Shown here: one piece after another, positions 26,549-32,000 of the stretch
Numbering within the stretch: position 1 is the first letter of the stretch
Layout: every line of letters starts with the position of its first letter
Translations under genes and position numbers: made by a program
The notes under the pieces: generated by a model
What the model saw: the letters and a program-made list of their open reading frames with translations, nothing else
What the model was told of the DNA's origin: nothing
Databases searched by the model: none
Origin: Candidatus Saccharimonadota bacterium
Lineage (GTDB): Bacteria > Pseudomonadota > Alphaproteobacteria > CAJXXZ01 > 1604HC
NCBI RefSeq assembly: GCF_008189285.1
Contig: NZ_CP043315.1
Location: 300,001-332,000, forward strand
Direction of reading: 5' to 3'
DNA length: 32,000 nucleotides

Positions 26549-26687
26549 AAGGTAAGAAATGGGAAGAACGAGATTTTGAGAGAAACGAGAAATCGATGTT
26601 AAATCCCACTTTCTCCGAAGGTAAGAAATGGGAAGAACGAGATTTTGAGAGAAACGAGAAATCGATGTTAAATCCCACTTTCTCCGA
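26533..26687 (+). repeat. Perfect 69-bp tandem repeat: two full units plus a 17-nt third copy. Each copy begins with the last 17 nt of the tRNA-Ser region (16 nt of tRNA plus 1)
   Basis: Unit = aatcccactttctccga + aggtaagaaatgggaagaacgagattttgagagaaacgagaaatcgatgtta. Units at 26533-26601 and 26602-26670 are identical base for base. The 17-mer recurs at 26671-26687. The first 17-mer is the T-loop/acceptor 3' end of the functional tRNA. Confidence 0.95.
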
Positions 26688-27066
26688 TTCAAGATCTAGC
26701 AAAGATTTATAAGATAAAAATAGGGAAATCAAACAAAATTTGCACAGTCGAGAATAGCGAGATTTTGAAAAAATTAAAACAAAATGAATATTAATATATA
26801 AAATGAAAATACCAATATATTATCATAGCCTAAAGCGAAGTTAATGAATTGAAGCAAAAGAATAAAAAATGGATTGAGAGCAAAAAAGGCAGTACAGTTA
26901 AGCTAAATCTGAATAAATACACAAGTTTAATTCAACCCAAATATCAAGTGCTATTTTTAATATTGCTCACTCTTTAATTGCATCTAACTCTTCCACTTCC
27001 ATAGCTTTAAATCCACCATCAATCCACTTTCTCACTTTTAGGCTAATTCCACACATATAGCCAAGG

Positions 27067-27543
27067 TCAAAATCTATAAATCTCCTCTGGCAATGTAGTT
27101 AGTGGGTTAGCTCCTATATTAAGTTTTGTTAAATTCTTCAGCTCTCCAATTTCCTTTGGCAATGTGGTTAATCTATTGTTGTGCGCATAAAGCCTAGTTA
27201 GATTCTTCATCTTATTTACCCATGATAATGAAGTTAGTTGATTGCCATGCGCATCAAGCTTTGTCAAATTTTTCAGCTCACCTCTTCCATCTGGCAATAA
27301 GGTAAGTTGAGAGCATCTCATATCAAGTGTTTCCAAATTATCTAATTCCCAGATTTCCTTTGGCAGCTCAGTAAATTGATTGCATCCAATATAAAGCCCT
27401 GTTAAATTCTTTAGCTTATCAAACAAATTGCTTGGAATGTACTTTAAATCATTGTTAAAAGAGTTTAAAGAAATTCTCCCCAAGCTATTAAGAATAGCTC
27501 TTTTCTTCATATAAATTGCATAAAGATCGATTCTCTTCATCAC
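27067..27543 (-). CDS. Leucine-rich-repeat protein (six 23-residue LRRs), possibly the C-terminal part of a disrupted larger gene
   Basis: Repeats fit LxxLxxLxxxxNxLxxLPxxIxx: LKNLTGLYIGCNQFTELPKEIWE / LDNLETLDMRCSQLTLLPDGRGE / LKNLTKLDAHGNQLTSLSWVNKM / KNLTRLYAHNNRLTTLPKEIGE / LKNLTKLNIGANPLTTLPEEI. The track start is a GTG at 27543 (ATG at 27540). It overlaps the upstream ORF by 56 nt in another frame. Confidence 0.7.
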   Translation of the reverse strand: MMKRIDLYAIYMKKRAILNSLGRISLNSFNNDLKYIPSNLFDKLKNLTGLYIGCNQFTELPKEIWELDNLETLDMRCSQLTLLPDGRGELKNLTKLDAHGNQLTSLSWVNKMKNLTRLYAHNNRLTTLPKEIGELKNLTKLNIGANPLTTLPEEIYRF

Positions 27544-27793
27544 TAAATTGTCTATAACTTCTTACAATGAAATCGCTTTTTCTAATTTTGTAAGCGCAAT
27601 ATAGCTTCAATGCTTTTTCCTGACCTTCTTGCGATAAATATTTTTTGCAACCTTCTTCAGTTTCAAACTTTGATAACTCGCTCATATCATAAGCACTTAT
27701 CTCATTCATGCGCTGATTGAATAATTCTTTGCTGGGCTTGGCATCTACAATGCATGCTATGGAAAACAGATATAGGATTTTGCTGTATTTCAT
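27488..27793 (-). CDS. Hypothetical secreted protein (101 aa), possibly the N-terminal fragment of the LRR gene
   Basis: Signal-peptide-like start MKYSKILYLFSIACIVDA. The ORF ends inside the LRR ORF in a different frame. No family recognised. Confidence 0.5.
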   Translation of the reverse strand: MKYSKILYLFSIACIVDAKPSKELFNQRMNEISAYDMSELSKFETEEGCKKYLSQEGQEKALKLYCAYKIRKSDFIVRSYRQFSDEENRSLCNLYEEKSYS

Positions 27794-27873
27794 TGAGACT
27801 TTTATATCATCACGAAATCAATAAGGCAAATTATAAATAATTGATTTATATTTTTTTAAGAATTTTCTAAAAA

Positions 27874-30168
27874 TTAGACTTTCTTATCAGCTTTTTTTGC
27901 AGTCTTTTTATCAGATTTTTCTTCATTCTTTTTTTCTATCTTACTTCTATTTCTCGGAGATTCTAATATATGTAGACAATCTTCCAAAGTTGTTTCAAAA
28001 GGACTCTTCTTCAAAGATACATATGTGTTTTTATATAAAATCCATGGTCCAAATCTTCCTATTCCTATTTTAATAATCTCGCCATTGCTAGGATGTCTCC
28101 CAATAATAATTGGCAGTGATTTAATTTTAAGAGCATCTTCAACGGTCAAATTATGCGGAGGAGCAAACATTGCTGGCAACATTACACGTGCCTTCACTTC
28201 AGCTTTACCCCATTGTATATAATATCCATACGGACCTTGCTTGACTAAAATCTCATCTCCAGAATCAGGGTCTTCTCCTAAAGTCAAATCTTGATCTAAT
28301 TCACTATCTATTGATTTATTCCAATTGCATGATGGATAATTTGAACAGCATAAAAATCCACTTCCTTTGCTAATTCTAAGCTCTTGATCACCTTTGCATT
28401 TAGGGCATTTAGCGTCAGTTTTCTTAAAAAAGTGCTCTTTGTATGTTTGTGATATTCTTTTTAAAATATCTTTCATATCCAAATTATATGCATCATCAAT
28501 TTTAGATTTGAAATTTACCCAAAAATCTTGCAGCAATTCTTTCCAATTCTTCTCACCTTTTGAAACCAAGTCTAACTTATCTTCCATTCCTGAAGTAAAT
28601 TCATCTTGAACATAAATCTCAAAATAATTCTTTAAAAATGCAGAAACAATCCAACCAAGATTAGATGGAATAATGCTTTTTTTATTCTGAAATACATACC
28701 CTCTTTTATCCAAAACAAAAAGTATGTTTGCATACGTGCTTGGTCTTCCAATTCCTTTATCTTCCATATATTTAATCAATGAAGTTTCTGTAAATCTAGA
28801 CGGAGGCTTCGTTTGATGCTTCTCATCAACAACTTCATCGCACTTAATTGTGTCTTTATTAAAACTCCAAATATCTTCATTTTCTAACTTATCTATACTG
28901 TATAATTTCTGAAAACCATCAAATTTACTCTTTACTCCATGAGCTTTCCAAGTTCCTTTTTCTCCACTTATAAACATGTTGCATATTTCGTATATAGCAG
29001 AAGCCATTTGAGACGCAACAGATCTTTTCCAAATTAGATTATACAATTTAAATTCTTCTTCATTCAAATAAGGCTTTACTTGCTCTGGCAAATGATTAAA
29101 GTTAGTTGGCCTAATAGCTTCATGCGCTTCTTGAGCATTTCTAACTTTTGATTTGTAGAAATTTTGCTTTTTTGGCAAATAAGTAGATCCAAATTCATTT
29201 TCAATCATAGCTCTGCATTCATCAACTCCAGATTGAGAAATGTTTACAGAGTCTGTTCTCATGTATGTTATCAAACCTTCCATTCCATTGGACAATTTCA
29301 CACCTTCATACAATTTTTGAGCAATTTTCATAGAAAACATAGGTTTCCAACCTAATTTATTAGCTGCTTCTTGTTGTAAGGTTGATGTTATAAAAGGCGC
29401 GCTTGGATTTCTTAATTGATCTTTAAATTCAAAATTAGATATTTGATAATCACTTTTCAATAATTCATTTTTAGCACTATCAACTGACTCGCTAGTCCAC
29501 ATAAATTTATCAATTTTCTTCCCTTCCCATTCATGAAGATCAGCAGTGCAAGAATATTGATTTTGTGAAAATTTCGCATGCAAAGTCCAATAATCTTCAG
29601 AAACAAAAGATTCAATTTCATACTCTCTGTCTGTAATTATTCTCAAAGCTGAAGACTGAACTCTTCCAGCAGATTTACTTCCTGGTAATTTTCTCCATAG
29701 AACTGGGGAAATATTAAAACCTACTAAATAGTCTAGTCCTAATCTAGCCATGTATGCATCAACTAAATCTTGATCTATATCTTCTAATTTATCCAATGAC
29801 TCTTTAATAGACTTTGGAGTAATAGAGTGAAATCTCATTCTTGATAATTTTGCTTTTACTTTTCCGCTACCCATCATTTGAGCCAAATGCCATGCAATTG
29901 CCTCACCTTCTCGATCAGGGTCAGTGGCTAAAATTACTTCATCGCTTTTCTTGGCGATGCTTATAATTTCTTTAGCTGCTTTAGACGATTTGCTAACATT
30001 TTCCCAATTCATAGCAAAATCATTTTCAACATCAACAGATCCTTTTGTTTTTGCCAACGCCCTAACGTGACCATAACTAGCTACAACTTTGTACTCTATA
30101 GATTCATTTTTTAGATAAGAATTCAAAGCTTTTGCTTTTGTAGGAGACTCAACTACAATCAATTTCAT
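27874..30168 (-). CDS. topA: DNA topoisomerase I
   Basis: Toprim start MKLIVVESPTKAK. DPDREGEAIAWH. Active-site Tyr context GLITYMRTDS. One C-terminal Cys4 zinc ribbon (CPKCKG...CCSNYPSC) and a K-rich tail. Confidence 0.95.
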   Translation of the reverse strand: MKLIVVESPTKAKALNSYLKNESIEYKVVASYGHVRALAKTKGSVDVENDFAMNWENVSKSSKAAKEIISIAKKSDEVILATDPDREGEAIAWHLAQMMGSGKVKAKLSRMRFHSITPKSIKESLDKLEDIDQDLVDAYMARLGLDYLVGFNISPVLWRKLPGSKSAGRVQSSALRIITDREYEIESFVSEDYWTLHAKFSQNQYSCTADLHEWEGKKIDKFMWTSESVDSAKNELLKSDYQISNFEFKDQLRNPSAPFITSTLQQEAANKLGWKPMFSMKIAQKLYEGVKLSNGMEGLITYMRTDSVNISQSGVDECRAMIENEFGSTYLPKKQNFYKSKVRNAQEAHEAIRPTNFNHLPEQVKPYLNEEEFKLYNLIWKRSVASQMASAIYEICNMFISGEKGTWKAHGVKSKFDGFQKLYSIDKLENEDIWSFNKDTIKCDEVVDEKHQTKPPSRFTETSLIKYMEDKGIGRPSTYANILFVLDKRGYVFQNKKSIIPSNLGWIVSAFLKNYFEIYVQDEFTSGMEDKLDLVSKGEKNWKELLQDFWVNFKSKIDDAYNLDMKDILKRISQTYKEHFFKKTDAKCPKCKGDQELRISKGSGFLCCSNYPSCNWNKSIDSELDQDLTLGEDPDSGDEILVKQGPYGYYIQWGKAEVKARVMLPAMFAPPHNLTVEDALKIKSLPIIIGRHPSNGEIIKIGIGRFGPWILYKNTYVSLKKSPFETTLEDCLHILESPRNRSKIEKKNEEKSDKKTAKKADKKV

Positions 30169-30299
30169 AGAAAAACAATTACATCATATAAAAATATTAA
30201 TCAATAACTTATGACAAATATCTTCATTTTCTTTAAAATTTACACATTAAATTTATAAACTTAACATTATTTTCAATCATTTTCATTATGATTTATAAT

Positions 30300-30869
30300 T
30301 CAAGATATTTTCTGATCTATTTTTTTCCATTGAGGGCATCCAATAACATGATCATTAACCATTCCAGCTGATTGCATGTATGCATAAATGATTTTAGATC
30401 CAACAAAAGACATGCCTCTTTTTTTAAGATCTTTGGATATTTTATCGCTTTCCTCATTAGACACAGGAACATTTTCAAAATCTTTCCATGCATTTTTAAT
30501 TGTTTTAAAGTTGAAAAATTTCCATATATACTTATCAAAACTTCCAAATTCTTTTTGTATTTCTATGAATATTTTGGCATTTTTCCTAGCAGAATATACT
30601 TTTAATCTATTTCTAACTATTCCTTTGTCAAGCAATAATTCATCCAATTGATTATCAGTCATATTTGCAACTAGATTAATATCAAAATTATGAAATGCTT
30701 TTCTATAGTTTTCTCTTTTATTTAAAATGATTTCCCAACTTAATCCTGCATGAGCTCCTTCCAAAATTAATAATTCGAATAAATCTCTATCATCATGCAA
30801 GGGAACCCCCCATTCAAAATCATGATAATCCGAATAAATTTTGCTATTAGAGCCAAAACATCTTTCCAT
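30300..30869 (-). CDS. tag: DNA-3-methyladenine glycosylase I
   Basis: The N-terminal RCFGSNSKIYSDYHDFEWGVPLHDDRDLFELLILEGAHAGLSWEIILNKRENYRKAF closely tracks the Tag signature (YHDxEWGVP ... EGxQAGLSW ... KRENYR). 189 aa. Confidence 0.9.
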   Translation of the reverse strand: MERCFGSNSKIYSDYHDFEWGVPLHDDRDLFELLILEGAHAGLSWEIILNKRENYRKAFHNFDINLVANMTDNQLDELLLDKGIVRNRLKVYSARKNAKIFIEIQKEFGSFDKYIWKFFNFKTIKNAWKDFENVPVSNEESDKISKDLKKRGMSFVGSKIIYAYMQSAGMVNDHVIGCPQWKKIDQKIS

Positions 30870-30890
30870 AATTAAATAATACTACAAAAA

Positions 30891-30947
30891 AGCAATACTT
30901 AAAATAAAAAGCAATACTTAAAATAAAAAGCAATACTTAAAATAAAA
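30891..30947. repeat. Perfect 19-bp tandem repeat x3 (agcaatacttaaaataaaa), 22 nt upstream of the tag start codon
   Basis: Units at 30891-30909, 30910-30928 and 30929-30947 are identical. They are followed by a decayed partial copy (aacaatttttttt). Confidence 0.95.
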
Positions 30948-31028
30948 AACAATTTTTTTTGAATTGAATAAAAAAGTAAAAATTTCAAACTACTTAAAAT
31001 TAATTCTAAATAATTTAAAAAAGAAATG

Positions 31029-31103
31029 TTGCGGGAGCAGGATTTGAACCTACGACCTTCAGGTTATGAACCTGACGAGCTAACCAGGCTGCTCTATCCC
31101 GCA
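31029..31103 (-). tRNA. tRNA-Met (anticodon CAU), initiator-like
   Basis: TGCGGGA-TA-GAGC-AGCCTGGTTA-GCTC-G-TCAGG-TTCATAA-CCTGA-AGGTC-GTAGG-TTCAAAT-CCTGC-TCCCGCA-A. It strongly resembles the E. coli initiator (GAGCAGCCUGGUAGCUCGUC...CAUAAC...AAGGUCGU.GGUUCAAAUCC) and has A11:U24. A CAU anticodon alone cannot exclude elongator Met or lysidine-modified Ile. Confidence 0.8.
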
Positions 31104-31299
31104 AACAAATACTAGCAAAACCCAAGCTAATTTGCAAGCAGTTTTTGTAATTCAATTCATTTTATTAAAATGATTATTTTTTGAAACATAAATTTGCACA
31201 TTATTGCAAAGAAGTTAAATTAAAAACTCAATAAACAAATGAAAATTAATTAATTATAAAAATGAAAAAATAAAATTACATAAATTGTTAATTTTAAAG

Positions 31300-31373
31300 C
31301 ACGCCCGGGGGGATTTGAACCCACGACCTCAAGATTAGGAGTCCTGCGCTCTGTCCTGCTGAGCTACGGGCGC
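31300..31373 (-). tRNA. tRNA-Arg (anticodon CCU)
   Basis: GCGCCCG-TA-GCTC-AGCAGGACA-GAGC-G-CAGGA-CTCCTAA-TCTTG-AGGTC-GTGGG-TTCAAAT-CCCCC-CGGGCGT-G. Pair 1:72 is G-U. My fold leaves one U-C mismatch in the T stem. Confidence 0.8.
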
Positions 31374-31449
31374 TTTAATATCGAATAACATCATTAAGAA
31401 ATTAAATCAATCTTATTCAAATTTTGTTATATTTGTATATAATATACCT

Positions 31450-32000
31450 ATGGATCTTTTGAATCAATTTATTGTTGTTCCAATTTTCAACATACGCTTT
31501 TTGGGATTTGATATCTCATTCACAAACTCTGCTTTATTAATGCTCATGACTGCTCTGTCTTCTTCGATAATTTTATCTGCAAGAAATAAAGTAAATTTAG
31601 TGCCTAATTTCATCCAAAGCATAAATGAGATTATATATAATTTTATATCTAATCTAACAAGGCAATATTTGAAAGATGAATCTGATAAATACATTCCATT
31701 TTTTATGGCATTATTCATATTTATAGCTATGGGAAATTTGTTTGGACTTTTGCCAAAATCTTTTACATTCACAAGCCATTTAATTTCTACCTTTTCATTG
31801 GCAATGTTTGTTTTCGCGCTTTCTGTATTTGCAGGATTCAAGAAACATGGATTAAAACTTTTTTCATTGTTTGCTCCTAGAGGAGTTCCAAAATTAATGC
31901 TTCCTTTAGTATTTTTGATAGAATTTTCTTTGTTTTTTGTAAAACCATTTGTTATGGCATTGCGTTTGTGTGTAAATATGATTGCTGGACATATTATTTT
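31450..32000 (+). CDS. atpB: F0F1 ATP synthase subunit a (partial; continues beyond the window end)
   Basis: Absent from the ORF track because it is open at the window edge. My translation from the ATG at 31450: MDLLNQFIVVPIFNIRFLGFDISFTNSALLMLMT...IPFFMALFIFIAMGNLFGLLPKSFTFTSHLISTFSLAMFVFALSVFAGFKKHGLKLFSLFAPRGVPKLMLPLVFLIEFSLFFVKPFVMALRLCVNMIAGHII. The ending matches the conserved subunit-a R-L-x-x-N-M-x-A-G-H motif. Confidence 0.9.
   Translation, partial: MDLLNQFIVVPIFNIRFLGFDISFTNSALLMLMTALSSSIILSARNKVNLVPNFIQSINEIIYNFISNLTRQYLKDESDKYIPFFMALFIFIAMGNLFGLLPKSFTFTSHLISTFSLAMFVFALSVFAGFKKHGLKLFSLFAPRGVPKLMLPLVFLIEFSLFFVKPFVMALRLCVNMIAGHII

Noticed and set aside
26533-26687. CRISPR-like appearance (short repeat, about 52-nt spacer, repeat, spacer, repeat)
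   Set aside because: The two spacers are identical to each other, so this is a tandem duplication and not an array of acquired spacers. The repeat is the tRNA 3' end, there are only three copies, and no cas genes are in the window.
26433-26732. Three overlapping ORFs of 77-99 aa in the ORF track (two minus, one plus) with internally repeated peptide sequence
   Set aside because: They run straight through the tRNA-Ser gene and the 69-bp tandem repeat. The repeated peptides are simply the repeat read in three frames. There is no start context and no independent coding evidence.
27021-27035. Degenerate fourth copy of the tRNA-Ser 3' core (aatccactttctcac versus aatcccactttctccg) that could mark the distal end of an island
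   Set aside because: Only a 10-nt exact core (ccactttctc) plus gapped flanks. A match of that length can occur by chance in 64 kb of two-strand AT-rich sequence. It also falls inside the open tail frame of the LRR locus. I kept it as a note only.

Overview
The window is a visibly AT-rich bacterial chromosome segment (GC not computed) that reads cleanly under the standard code. It is densely packed with housekeeping genes. Gene content and order resemble a reduced-genome alphaproteobacterium of the Rickettsiales or Holosporales type; this is inference from synteny and motifs only. In order: a porin-like partial CDS, rnhB, rho, a SurA-like gene plus rsmA, an HtrA-like protease, tRNA-Lys, efp-suhB, murC, an RNase E/G gene, xseA, dedA, rsmG-parA-parB, a single-HKD PLD/Nuc protein, a XerC/D-type recombinase, tig-clpP-clpX, tRNA-Leu, a short INS-less proS, tRNA-Val, tRNA-Ser, an LRR protein locus, topA, tag, tRNA-Met, tRNA-Arg and the start of atpB. 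I did not find a convincing novel multi-gene system, and most of the window is ordinary core genome. The best lead is at tRNA-Ser(CGA): its last 17 nt recur in a perfect 69-bp tandem array (two full units plus a 17-nt third copy). Each full unit carries an inverted-repeat, att-core-like hairpin. The array adjoins a small accessory islet encoding a signal-peptide fragment and a eukaryote-like LRR protein that appears broken into several frames. Secondary leads: (1) an HtrA/DegP homologue whose catalytic Ser aligns to His; (2) a SuhB homologue with degenerate metal-binding motifs; (3) a small gene split by one extra unit in an (AG)4 tract; (4) a perfect 19-bp x3 tandem repeat upstream of tag; (5) an initiator-like tRNA-Met with atypical identity elements; (6) long low-complexity insertions in MurC, RsmA, Rho and Tig. 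All product calls come from by-eye motif recognition, and no database search was possible.
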